Below, piece after piece: positions 36,953 through 49,773 of a stretch of DNA of 64,000 nucleotides. Origin of the DNA: Hydrolagus colliei (Eukaryota); NCBI GenBank assembly GCA_035084275.1, contig CM068748.1:11904001-11968000 (forward strand), in the 5' to 3' direction. The notes beneath the pieces are model-generated. The model was given only the letters and a program-made list of their open reading frames with translations, made no database searches and had not been told where the DNA came from. The position numbers and the translations under genes are program-made. Every line of letters starts with the position of its first letter. The first letter of the stretch is position 1.

Positions 36953-37131
36953 TCATCACTGGACAGCAACAGTCTGGTGTGATTTCAGCCCGAACTCGAA
37001 TTGAGGTGATGTTGGAGAGTTTCCGCAGAAAACAGCCGTTTACTCATTTCCTGTCTGTTGCTATTAACCATCCAAAAATTCAGGAAAAGTTCCTGAAATT
37101 TAAGGAGGAGGTTTTGGATCTCTGCTCTCAG
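36953..37131 (+). CDS. ASCC1: ASCC1 coding exon 4
   Basis: VITGQQQSGVISARTRIEVMLESFRRKQPFTHFLS...VLDLCSQ. Confidence 0.95.
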
Positions 37132-37274
37132 GTATGTGAACACGTTGATAAAGCTGAGGATAGGAAATCGATGGGATGGTACCTACTCATATATGTGAAG
37201 ATGTTTTCTGACTTCTGGGGTACAATTTCACAATCCAGCAGAGAAATTGTACAATAATTATTTGTTTCTGCTAG

Positions 37275-37411
37275 GATCATGGGATTGACAGCAGCATTTT
37301 CCAGAATCCAGCAAAACTGCATCTGACGATTGGAACTCTGGTCCTCCTTAATGATGCAGAAGTTGGGAAAGCTTGTGAGCTGCTGCAGAAGTGTGAAGAG
37401 GACTTCATTAA
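37275..37411 (+). CDS. ASCC1: ASCC1 coding exon 5 (first HxT motif of the 2H-phosphoesterase domain)
   Basis: DHGIDSSIFQNPAKLHLTIGTLVLLNDAEVGKACELLQKCEEDFI; donor AA|gtgagt. Confidence 0.95.
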
Positions 37412-40175
37412 GTGAGTCGGCCTAGTGACAGCTAGTGTTCTGCTTTAACACCAGTCGTCTCCGAATGTTGTAACTGCTCTGCTTTGATTCTTTCCAGTTG
37501 AGATATTGCTGCATTGTTTTTTCAAGCACACAGTAATTGGGTAGGAGTGCTTTGAGAGTAAACTACTTGTTTCCCCTCTTACAAAAGCAATTTGTAAGGT
37601 AGTAACAAAACGTTTAAAATTCTAGTCTTGTCCACTCGATGTATTGGTGTTCCTCTGGGTCCTGAATGGCAGTCATGGAAAGCAACTTCGAAAGCTTGAG
37701 TACTTACTATAACATCTATGTTGTGCAGGAAAGAGTTGAAAGTAGAGATTTATCTCGAAAGGGAAGTAATCACCTTCCTTCATTGATAATATGGCAGGAA
37801 TGCCTTACACCGAAAGCCATTTGCATCTCTTTCTACAACCAAAGGAACATTCCTTTTATACACTGCAATTTCCTGAATTGGAAGTAACTGTCTTTGAGAA
37901 GGAGCAGCAATAAAATAGTTGGTACAAAATGTACCCTTTTTATCTCTGGCTTCTGATTTACACTAGAATTGGTCCTTATTCCTCCCACCCCTGAAGAATG
38001 TGAAAAGACATGAAATGCCTAAAGTAATAAATATGCTAATACAGTAATACAGCTTTGGATGTCGCCTTAAGTCTTCTAAAAATGTTTAATCTCCTCTCCC
38101 CAGTCTCCATGAAAATAGCTCCATCCTTGCTACTGTAGCCCCAATGAGTTACAGTTCTTCACAACAATACAATCCCCAAACAGCTCCTGCACTCCAAATT
38201 GTAAACCCGTGGCCCTCCCAAGCCTGTGCTATTCACATTTGAGGTTTGAATTTCCAGTGATTCATAGTTTGATGCAGTACCCATTTACAACCACAAGATG
38301 CCATAGAAACATTTGGATATGTTCTTCATTATGGCTTTCAGTAACAAAACGAGCCTTCAAAATCTTTCCTTAATTTCAAAGGCTGAATCTGCAGCATTCC
38401 CCTATATTCAAGTCATTTAATTTGTACAGCCTATTTTGTACCATTTCATCAGTCTCTTGCAGATTATGGGTGTTGTGGCAAGCTGACTCTAATTACACAC
38501 TTGTACTGTACCTGGGATGTTTTGAGAAAGTGATTCTGAAATACTTATTCTTCCTTTAACCAGGATTTGCATTGATCAAGTTTCTTCTAATTTGTTTATA
38601 CAATCACTTTAGCAAATGCTGCTTCCCTTGCTTCAGCATCATTCTAAAGACTTATTTGTTTGAGGACATTTTCTGGTGTGATCTTTAACAGCAGCTAATC
38701 AATAGGAGGGAAATGAGAAATAACCACAGGTGCTTTTTAAAAAAAAATCTCTTATCTCCATTTTAGAGTTACTGCATTCCAACATTCTGCAGTGCAGCAT
38801 ATTGTGCAACCAACCTGCTAACTCCCTGATATCAGCAGTGTATATATCAGGGCTAACTGACGTAAACTGAAAAAATCGAGTGCTTTCTTAAAAAAACAAA
38901 CGCTTGTACAAGTGAAGATTTGTATATCCAAGAGACTGAACTGTCAGCTGTTTGGACCAATGAGACATTTTACAGCAATGCCTTAAAAAATCCTGAACCG
39001 CGTATCTCTTCATCGCTTGCTAACAGAGCTATTAAACAGCTATTTAAAAAAACCAATGGTTATGTAATTTAAAAACTTTATCTCCAATGTGCTGTGTTAA
39101 TTACAGAAACTATTATAGCGGGACTTGAAATTGGGAGGGCTATTGTGGAATATAAGGACTGGCATGGATTAGTTGGACCAGCTGACATGTTTCATTGCTG
39201 TATGGTTTTGGTAGTTCTAGGTAATTTTAGGTTCTACCCCTAACACTTTTTCACCAGGATTTAAATTTGGCAAAAATACACTGTTCAAGGTGAGCACGAG
39301 TGAAGCTGTCAAACTGAACTTGTTTTTTCAGGAATTGGGCTTCTGTTCGTCACTCTTAATGAGATGTGACAGAAGGAAAGGCTGATTTTAGAAATTCATG
39401 TCTTGTATTTCAAATGTGTTTAGTAATTCAAAACCACATACCTCTCACTTTTAGTACCATGCAGCATGGTGAATGCTTGTTATACGTTTGAATACTGTTG
39501 TGGCTTTTACAGGTTTTCACAGTAAGCGGCATAAACATTTTTGTGAGGAACTAAGAAAAGCAATTCAAAGTCTGATTGATTAGAACCTTTCAAATAGATA
39601 TAACAATGAATCTTTTTAATCGCTAGTGCACGTGCTGCTTTCGTAATGATTGGCAGCCATGGCACACTAACAAAGCATTTTTTTTTACTCTTTAACACAG
39701 ACTAATTTGAATTGATTTGGCTAATGTTCTGCCATTGCCTTCCATGGCTTAATTTGGTATTATTTTTAATTTCAATTAAAAATCAAATCAGGATTTCATG
39801 GAGCTTGGTCTAATGCTTTGCCAGATACTGATACAGTACTGGAATCTATATTCCACATAATTGAAATTCTGAATATTAACAATGACTCTTATCCCAAGAT
39901 ACAGAATAGGGAAGAGGAACAAAACATCAGACCTACAGCTAGTTGTGTATCTAGCGAAAGAAGAGGAAGGCATAAATCCTGCAGTCGGGTGTGATCTATG
40001 ACAGTACATTGAAACTCACCTTAATGCTACCCTATTAATGTAGTCAAACTGCTAATCTGGTTAGTTTATTGCGCTCTGTTTCGTTTCAACAAATACTACC
40101 AACAGTACAAACTCTATAGTGAGTTGACTAACGAATGTGTTCAGAATTCCTCAGTCCATTTGCTGGACCTTATTG

Positions 40176-40826
40176 CAGTGAAAGCCCATTTATCCGGCAT
40201 CCTCGGGACCTGGCCAGTGCTGGTTAAAGCACATGCTGGATATTCGGCCGAAAACGCAAAATGTGTGAAGAGGACTTAATTAAGTGAGTCGGCCTAGTGT
40301 TAATATATTTAAAATATATGTTTTAAAAAACATACCAGGTTAATAATAGACTAAATAATAACAGAATATTGCATGGATACTTACCAATAAAGCAATAAAT
40401 ATCGATTACAGTCTATAAACACAGCACACAATCAAAGGTTTTTTTTTCCTTTTTCTTTCTCTCCCTCCTTCCCTCTCTCTCTTTCACACACATACAGTCA
40501 GTTTAACATCTCAATGGCTTCAATCCCCCTCCACTTTCATTTTCCATCTAAATGAATCAACTCCCCCACCCTCTCTCCCCTATCTCTCTCCTGCCCCCTC
40601 TTTCCCTCTCATTCTCCCACCCTACCACAGCATTCAAAAGTAATCGTACTGTACTCATTGTGAGGGGAAAAAAACGGCAGCACCACCTTCAGACACTAGT
40701 AGCAGCAAAAAAAAAATTAATGCATTTTTCCAATAAATTCCAGTTAATCATATGTGGACTTTTTTTGATGTGCCGATTATACGGAAGCTACGGTTGATCT
40801 GGTGCCAGATAAACAGGCTTTTACTG
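40176..40826. mobile_element. Tigger-like MITE, same family as 27232-27425, opposite orientation, longer copy
   Basis: TIRs CAGTGAAAGCCCATTTATCC and GATAAACAGGCTTTTACTG followed by TA. The first ~80 bp match the reverse complement of the end of the 27 kb copy. Confidence 0.85.
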
Positions 40827-42567
40827 TATTTAGTTTCCAAAGTAAAGATATGTTGAATGGGTGTGATGGTTCAAATGACCTTTTCTCATCATATCCTTTC
40901 TTATACTCATTGTACTGTTTTGGGGGAGAAAATAGAATAGGTCCTGGAACAAATCATTCTGTTTTATTGGAGGAGGAAAGAGATCGAACAGATTCTAAGT
41001 CGGGATCAGCTGTGTATCTTAAGATGGCCTTGAACTAAAACTACAATTAAACTATTTAATTGAGCAGAATATACTTCCACTCTTCTATTCATGGTTTCCC
41101 TTGGCTCCCAGAAGCTGCTTTATTACCATATGTGCATAGAGATAAAGAAAAGTAGTTTCTGTAACATACACACAAATGGATGCAAGATACTGGATCCTGG
41201 GAATGGTCTTTTCAATGTTTGCAAGTTTTATGTTGGGATTTTGGACTCACGTAGCCTAGTACACCAGTGCATTGTTGAGGAGATCTGCATTGCCAGAGAG
41301 CTGTCCTTCAAATTAGATATTAGACTAAGACCCTGTCTACCTATTCAGGGATAGGTTATTATTCAAAAAAGAGACATATTTTTATTGACAGTACTTTATC
41401 AAATGAAGGATTATTAATATTTGACACAATTGCACCATACAAGAGGAGAAAGGTAAGGATTGGATTCCAACCACAGGCTTGCTATGTGAATGGGGAAGAG
41501 GAACGAGTCCCACTCTACCCTTGCTTGGTTAGGTTGGTGGAGATGTGATGGAAATAACTGGTAAAGGTGTATGAAAGGTCATCTGCAAGATCTTACTGGA
41601 GAGGGAAGAGAATTGTGTCTTACAGTGAATATTTCCCAGATTCAAAATAGTTTAGGTGTAAGGAAAAGGAGGAATCTGTCATGTGCCTCCTCTTGTATGT
41701 TTGTTTTAGTCACTATTCTTTCCCTTTATGCACAAATGCTAATAAAGCAACAAATCTTAAACTCACTGAAGGATATGAATATAAATGCATGGAAATGCAT
41801 TCTGCCTTCTGCTCAACAGTTTTAAATTTCCTTCTGCGTATTATTCTAATCAATCCATTCCATCTCTTTGTCACTGACCAGCTTTTATCGACTCCACGTG
41901 TGTTATTTAAGATACAATATGTTCAAGCACTGTGTTTTCACAGAAAATAAACGACTATCTGTTTTGTGTGACTTCCTTTCTAATACACTTTTACGACAGA
42001 GAGGGAAAATATCAATCATTGGTTTGGTTTTGACTAGATTATGAAGTGTTAACTGTGCTTAAAAATGGTCAACAGCAGTTCATTAGCTGCCTGTTCCAAA
42101 CAAACAGATGTGCTAAATCATAATTTTGGTATGTGACCACAATTTAAAACAAGACTTCCTACTTCGGAAGAGGATTCGTGACATGACATATTATGTCGGA
42201 AAGCATTTCATACAATGTTACTTGGAAATTTAGTGACTCTCTTGTGATTACAAGAGAGCATTGTATTCAAGTGTAATGTTATTGTTGTATTCAAAGGCCT
42301 GTAAGGAAGGTGCAGTATTCAAGCTAAGCTTTGCTTGTGTGATTTATGCTGTCTTCTAAATCACCTACTCTTAACCTATCAATCCATTTTGTCTTTCAAA
42401 TTCAATCTTAATTAGTCCTACAAAACAAATGGTAACCATCTTACTGAACAAATTACTGTTCATAAAACCACTGATTTGACACTTTGGGATGCCCCCTCGA
42501 TGTGAAAGGAGATATATATATGTGATTTCTTGTTGTTGATGACTGTTCCACTGCTTGTCTGTTTCAG

Positions 42568-42687
42568 GGATGTTTTATGTGGAAAGCAACTTCTCATTAA
42601 GGTAGCGGGGATTGAATATATGAACGATGACCCAGGAATGGTGGATATTCTTTATGGAAAAATTCAAACAAAAGATGGGACTAATAA
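42568..42687 (+). CDS. ASCC1: ASCC1 coding exon 6
   Basis: DVLCGKQLLIKVAGIEYMNDDPGMVDILYGKIQTKDGTN. Confidence 0.95.
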
Positions 42688-42994
42688 GTAGGTATCCATC
42701 CATATCCTGATTGTTTTGTCATTTTCAGAGTGGTTTTCCTCGTGTAACTCCTAGTGTAACTAGTTGACGTTTTGTGGAACAAGGTAAAGCCCGTGTCTAC
42801 ATGAAGCAACCACTTGTGGAACTGATCAGCCACTTCAGTTATCTCATTTTTTAAATGGTGGAGTTAAAATCATTACAGAGAGTAATTTTTTTTGGTACAT
42901 GCAAAAATTATTCAGCGCAGATCTAATGGGTCTTCTTGATCACTGACAACTGCCTCCCAGTGGGAATGTTTATTGGCAGTTTGAGAAATGTTCA

Positions 42995-43245
42995 AGGGCA
43001 AGCCTTCAGCAACTCTGCCTCCAACCTCTGGAAATCCATCCAGCAATCCCTCCGCCTCACCCCCTCCTTAGCCTCCTTCAAATTCCTCCTCAAGACCCTC
43101 CTCTTTGACTGTGCCATCGGTCAACTTCCTTCCCTCCACCCTCCCTGGTCCCGACCCCAGCTTGGGTCTGAAACACTGTCCAGCGCTTGGGATGTCCTCC
43201 CGATGTGAAAGGCACTATACAAATGTAATTTTGTTGTTGTTATTA
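42995..43245 (+). mobile_element. L2-clade LINE 3' end (others near 5495-5838, 8650-8820, 22160-22436)
   Basis: AFSNSASNLWKSI...LASFKFLLKTLLFD and (TTG)n tail. Confidence 0.8.
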
Positions 43246-44511
43246 TTCCTGATGATAGATGTCTGGGCAATGCCTTTGCTTCCAGTTACTGAGAGGTGTT
43301 TTTTTCCCCTAATTATATTAAAATAATTATTCTCTTGAGTTATCTGTAAACCTTCTCAGTCTGGGGTTGAAAAAATTGCATGCTCTCACCTTCGTACTAT
43401 ACATGTAAATGAAGTTCAAGAACTAAAATCATCTGGAATAGATGAATTGCTTGTGTATTTGTACACAGGACATTAATCTTGTCACAAAGACTCTTTTGTA
43501 CCTTTGGACTGTTGCACAACTAAGGGTCATATTAACTGCAACTAAACTTTAATGCTTGATAGCAAATATTTTCCCAGATTATGAGTGAAGATTCTTAAAC
43601 TTGAGGATTTTAAATGCCCTTTTAGTCAGGAAGACAGTGGGCCACTTTTTTTTTTTAAAAAAAAGCTTTTGGTGATAACAGGTACAGAGATTTAAATTGG
43701 GTGTTAAAAAGGGGGGAAAAAAGCTTATTTTCCTCTGTTTTGGTCCTTTAGTACCTAGACTGAGGGGAAAGACAGATGATTCCCTCCCAATCCATTTAAT
43801 GGTAAGAAATATACAAGAAGCAACTCTGTTGTATGGAAAAGCTTTGGTAGGTGTTTAGTGTTCATTTGGGATGATGGACTTGCCACATAGAGAATTATGG
43901 GGTGAAAAATATTCCACGACTCTGACATGTTGCATTGGAGCATTAGCTATCAGAGCTATGCCTCCAGTGGATACTTAAAGAATGTGCCTTTGGCCTAGCT
44001 GTTCTTTATCACTTTCTGAATTAGGACAGGATTGGCCATGGTTGTGGTATTGCCACAGTTAAATTATTGCCAACGGCTTACTTGTCATGACTCGAGTGAT
44101 GAATGGCCCTTTGTCCCAGGTACCAGAGGGCACTCAGCGCCAATATTTCAGCATGAGTCATGCCTTCAGGAAAAAAGGGTGGAAGGGGGGTGGGGGGATG
44201 GTGGGAGATGAAACAGAATGCAGAGAAGGAAAGTCCAGTACTTATTTTAAAAATAAAATTTGGTCTTTGCAAGGTAATAGATGCTTTAGTTCAGTCATTC
44301 ACTTTTCCCAACTTGGTAACCTGTCACTTTTTGTCCACACACAGCCAAGACTTGCGAAGACATCCTGCTATATATAGCTCCATTCCCATTTTGAACATTG
44401 CACTTTGATCTATGTACTTCAGAGAATAAACCTGCAGCTATCTGGTCCTGTAAGGTCTGTTGCTGCTGTCCAGCAATGAACACAATGGTCCAATTCTTGT
44501 TCTGTTTGCAG

Positions 44512-44636
44512 GTTGCAGCTAATTGCCGATGGATTGATGGAGCGGTTCATTGCATCAGGACTCATGGGGAAGGAGTGGGACCGGGTGAAGCTCCACGCTA
44601 CTCTGATGAACACAATCTTCAGAAAGGACCCAACTG
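44512..44636 (+). CDS. ASCC1: ASCC1 coding exon 7 (second HxT motif)
   Basis: LQLIADGLMERFIASGLMGKEWDRVKLHATLMNTIFRKDPT. Confidence 0.95.
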
Positions 44637-45254
44637 GTATGTGATGTGGTCGCCCATCGTCTCTCAATCCTCTTATGAACCTGGGTTGTGCCAGGTACAT
44701 ACAGAAACCAATTATTTATTGCTATAACTGCAGATTGTAGCTAATTGCTGGCCTGCTCACACAAGTATCTCTTCTTATGTCAGCATAACCGAAGTGTACT
44801 ATTGACTGCAAGGCTAACCTTTATGAACTGGAGATATTGATATAAAGATAGCTTATTTAGATTACAAAATGGATGATTAATTTGTATATAAATTGATCGA
44901 ATCTCAACTTATATTTTCTGTATTATCTGAATATCCATGCTTTTCTAGTTTTCTCTCAGTCATAGAAACACGAGTAGGTCATTCAGCCTCTCCAGTCTGT
45001 TCTGCCATTCGATAAGATAATGGCTGATATGTACCTCAACTCCAATTACCTACCATTGCCTTGTATCCCTTGATACCCTGAACTAACAAATATCTATTCA
45101 CCTCAGTTTTGAAAATGTGAATGGATTCAGCATCCGCAGTCCTTTGGTGGAGTAAATTCCAGATTTCCATTATTCTTTGGGTGAAGGTATATTTATTACT
45201 TGGTTTCAGAAGAATATTTTTTAAAGCTATGATTATATATTTTTTTCATTTCAG

Positions 45255-45331
45255 TTGAAGACAGAAACACAGCTTCAGGAAAACATAATCCACGTGAAAG
45301 GGAGTCATTTGATGCAAGAAATATACTAAAG
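45255..45331 (+). CDS. ASCC1: ASCC1 coding exon 8
   Basis: VEDRNTASGKHNPRERESFDARNILK. Confidence 0.93.
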
Positions 45332-47894
45332 GTGTGTCACCAGCTATTAAGCGTAGATTAGATCCAATTTAAAATATAGTTGTCAGGACTACTTGTTTGG
45401 AGATTGGAGAGCATATAGAAAGAAACAGTCAATGAGAGATAGTAAGTTAATTGCCCCATGGTTATTCATTATGACAATGAAATTACCTCTAACCCTCAAA
45501 TTGAGATGCAATTAAATGTATACAGTATAGTACTCTGGAAAAATATCTGAACCTTTCTGTTTTTTTGGTTTATTTTTAAACAAATTGATTGCTCACCTGG
45601 ATTTGCGTCAGCCATAAAGTTGACCATAACGATTTGCTCTTACCATAGTTACATAATGAGCCACTCTGTGTACTATTATGAAAGGCTGTTTATGAGACTT
45701 GCTCCTGTATGAAACCTGTAAATTACACCGAGAATTGGACTGAAGGGCAGCTGCATTTCAAGGTAATGAGGACAGAAACATGATAGATACTCCTAGCTAG
45801 TAGTCTTATTATCAATCCCTACTATGTTCACTATCTTTGAGATTGAAGGGGAAGCTGCCACGTTGGTTTCTCATTATTACATATTTGAGGCTGTCTATAT
45901 TTAGCATAGATACCCAGGGAGTGCCTTAAAGGGTTGTAATTGAATTTTAAGGTTCAGATGACGCTTGTGCAGCAGGCAAGGTTGGTCTTTGATGCCACTT
46001 AAACCTCTTGATTGGATTGCGGCCTTTAATTCACTGCTGGCTATTGCACAAATCTATTTTTTGTGATGTGTGCCTGGAAAAAAACTAGTTGTTGTGCAGC
46101 AGGCATGCTGCGACTTCAACAGCAAGGTTGATACATATTAACCAAACACCTGAGCTCCTGCAGCTGGTTGTGAAGGTAGGACTTGAAACAACACAGTTAC
46201 AGGAGCTAAAGCAATTTCAGGCTATTTTATTAATAGAGGGAATGCTAGAAAGATGGTTCGAGCAATTAATTTAAACTGAATGGTGGTTTCCTTTGACTAA
46301 CATGGGGTGTAAAGTTGATATTTCACAATATCTTGGGTATGTGCTGCCCAGCTTTCAGAAATGGCAAATATTCAGTTTTAAGGCTGACTATAACTCAGCT
46401 GTAGCTTCTTACATGGGTATCTGTTTAGTCTTACAGATGGAGATATTGATTATATCTCACTACTGTCAAGTGCTTGAGCTGTTTTGTATCATTCCCCCAA
46501 AACCTGGAGTTTGCTTTCTGCAACATTTGTGAGCATATATGTACAGTAAAGGTGCATTTTGAAGCATTCCTGTTTGCACATTGTTGTCTTTAAGTAACAT
46601 TGCTTTATTGGTAGTTTGTTGATTATAGAATGATTTCCTTGGCTAGAGTTTTTTTTTGCCTAGCCCATTTCACATACTAATGATTAAGATTACACACTTA
46701 TTCATGGGTCAAATAACTTCTCACTGTAGAAATGCTGCTTCTGTTTTTTAAAAAATGTAGATGCACTTTGTGCCTCCAACATTTTTGTATTAGGAATTTT
46801 AAAATGTATTCTTCAAAATATTCCACCCTTAATCTTTAAAGCACTATGCTTTACTGATGATTTTTATACCAACGTGAATTGAAGTGCTAGCAAACAGCAA
46901 GTTTAATTGATATTTCAGAAGAGGCTACCCCCAAATATTAAGATATTAAACTTATTTTGATTCTGAGAATTTATTTAATATCTCTTCTGACCATTTCCAT
47001 TTTAACTCAGATCTTTATGGCACTTTCAGTTTGATAATGGTATGAGATTTTCATTTTTTCAGTATAAAAGCCATAGCATCCTAGCTTTTTAACTTATTCT
47101 ATTTTCTGATGCATGTAATTAGAAAAAGCAGCAGATCCCGTTCAGTATTGGTGATTCACTAACAGCAACTCAGAGCTGTTAGCAGGAAATCCTGTTGGCA
47201 ACCAATAGTACATCATGGTTGACAGCGACTGCAATTTATTTCTTGAGTGTGGATCTGGCAAGCTGGCTTCTGTCCTGTTGGTTACTGTTAGGATTCCATG
47301 TGAATGGCTCTAAATCGCTGTTATTCAATCTTTTTGTGAATGTTTACTTTTTTGTGGAACTTTTATCACAATACATATCATTATAATTGAAAGTGCTTGT
47401 CTCCATGTTGTGTTGAATTTTTTTTTTTTTTTCCAGGGTAAGCTGTCAGACTTTAACAATTGGTTTTCATCCAGTCCCGTGAGATGTTTGTATCTGGGAT
47501 GGAATCACACTTAAAATAAGTGGGGAGAGTTTTAAAGGAAGGAATTATTTCCAGAGGTCTTTATGAATTTCGATTTCAATGCGTTTCTCCCACTCCCTAT
47601 TTTTCCTGACAAGTTCCATTTTGTGCAACTGTTATTGCAGGATAAGTGTCTAAAACCCTAGCCTCGATATTTGTCAGTGTATCCATGAATAGAGTAAGGG
47701 CTAAACACCAGTGACATGACTTGTGTTAATTTTGTGCTTGGAGTTTGGGAAGGTGAGGGTTAAAGCACTTGTTTCAATATTTATTTAGGGAAAGATTTGG
47801 ATAAATAATTCTGCTAAACTAATGGTGTTCCAATATGTCCAAGGGAAAAATATCACCTCTTCCATCAGTAAAATATTAATTCTTTCTGTTACAG

Positions 47895-48011
47895 AATTTT
47901 GAAAATTACCATTTTGGTGAAGTCGAGCTGAACACTGTGCACATCTCCCAAAGGTTCTCCACTGACAGTTCTGGGTTCTACATTTCTTCTGGAGTCATTA
48001 ACTTCTCATAG
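47895..48011 (+). CDS. ASCC1: ASCC1 last coding exon
   Basis: NFENYHFGEVELNTVHISQRFSTDSSGFYISSGVINFS*. Summed CDS is 1065 nt, i.e. 354 aa plus stop. Confidence 0.95.
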   Translation, partial: NFENYHFGEVELNTVHISQRFSTDSSGFYISSGVINFS

Positions 48012-49488
48012 GCCACAGTCTTAATGAACCATGATTAATCCACAGGCAGTGATGTGCAGGATAACATTCTCTGAAGAGAATCTCTGAGAGATACAACTTT
48101 CACGGCTCAATGTGGTATCTTTAGAGAAACAATCTCATACTTGCCAATTAATTACTGATGCACATCCTCTCTTCTGGGGAGAGGAGTTGAATCAATGTAC
48201 ACAGTGCTACAAGAACATTCCACTGACATAAAGGCTATCATTGTTAACACATTTGGGTAAAAAATGGTGATTGTAGAACATTGCTGTCTGCTGGAAAAGA
48301 CGTGATTTCATGTTGTACAATTCATGATTGTATAGCATGACTTGCAAGTTAGGATAAAGGTTAGGTATTTATATTTGCTTGAAATGTTTGATTTGCGATT
48401 CTTTTTTATCTATTAAGGTGAGAGATGTTAGTGCTGGTAAATAGAACAACTTTCCATTTTGTGCACCCAGGGGTCAGGCACAGCAATATACAGAGTAAAG
48501 CATGAGACTCTACTCATATCTTTATATAGTTATGGAAGCAAGTGTTGCTTCCATTAGTGCCTTGGATTGATATTCCCACATACTGAAATTTATATTAAAA
48601 TGTTTTGTTTGCTGTTGCTTAATTATTCTGTGAGGTGGGTGGAAGCCATAAATTGTAATATTCCACAAAAACATAATATCTAATTATTTTTAAATTACAT
48701 AAAACATTACAGTACAGAAACAAGCCATTCATTTGAACCAGTCCTCACTGGTGCTTAAACTCCACCCAATCCTCCACCTCCTCCAATCCTTTCTCCCTCA
48801 TGTTTTATTTATGTAGTGTGACCTCACCAGATTAATTTATATGGTCTACTCCTGTGGGGTTTTCAGTCCACCCATGCATTCTTGTGTAAATTTGCAAGTA
48901 TTGTATAACAAAAATAATCGTTGAATTTTTAAAAAATTAACAATACAGTACTTCCTTGCAAATTGTTTTTCCCTCTTCCACAATTGTTTTATCTTACTCA
49001 TTCTCTCTTTCCCCTTTCTGATTTTACTTCAAATTCACTTTTCCCAGAGTTTCAACATTTTTGATGTCTGGTGTATTGCAAACCTAGCCAGTTCAATCTT
49101 TGGTGTGATTTTCCAGTACCAAATAGTTACTACTGTAGGTTAAGCTGTCTCATCCACAATACCAGCACTATCATTAAAGTATTGCTGTTACAAATTTGGT
49201 TGTTTTTGTTCTGTACTTTTCATTGTGAATGATGGGATTGTGTATTCATAACTGCCAATCCCAAATTCTAAACTGCCAATGTCGGAAAATGGCAGATGTA
49301 AAAGTTACTTTATCTGCAGGATATTGGCATGCTGCTTGGAAAGGTTTTCAATATTATTATTAATGGCACATACTCTCAATGCGAAAGGCTCTCTGCTGTA
49401 TAAGTGTAATTTTGTTGTATTAATTTGATAAACATGTGACACCTCTATTCAATGGAAGCATGCAGTCAACTACATTAATGCAGATCTG

Positions 49489-49773
49489 ATAATAATTAAT
49501 AATCCTTGCATTCGATAGCGCTTTTCACATCTCATTGATGTCTCAAAGTGCTTCACAGAATATATTGGGCGAAACGCGGTAGACAATTGCCCACAGCAGT
49601 GTCCCATAAACAGTCATGGATTGAAATGACCCAATTTTTATTGTTGTGTTTTTTGGGGGACAGATTATTATTAGGCGTGTGGAGTAAAGAAATTTACCCA
49701 AGGTTTTGCCCTGATCTGCCTGGATTCGAACTCAAGTCTCACACTTGTAAGGCGAGTGCTCTAATCACTGAGC
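49489..49773 (-). mobile_element. Near full-length SINE, same family
   Basis: Reverse-complement match to 15213-15545. Confidence 0.88.
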
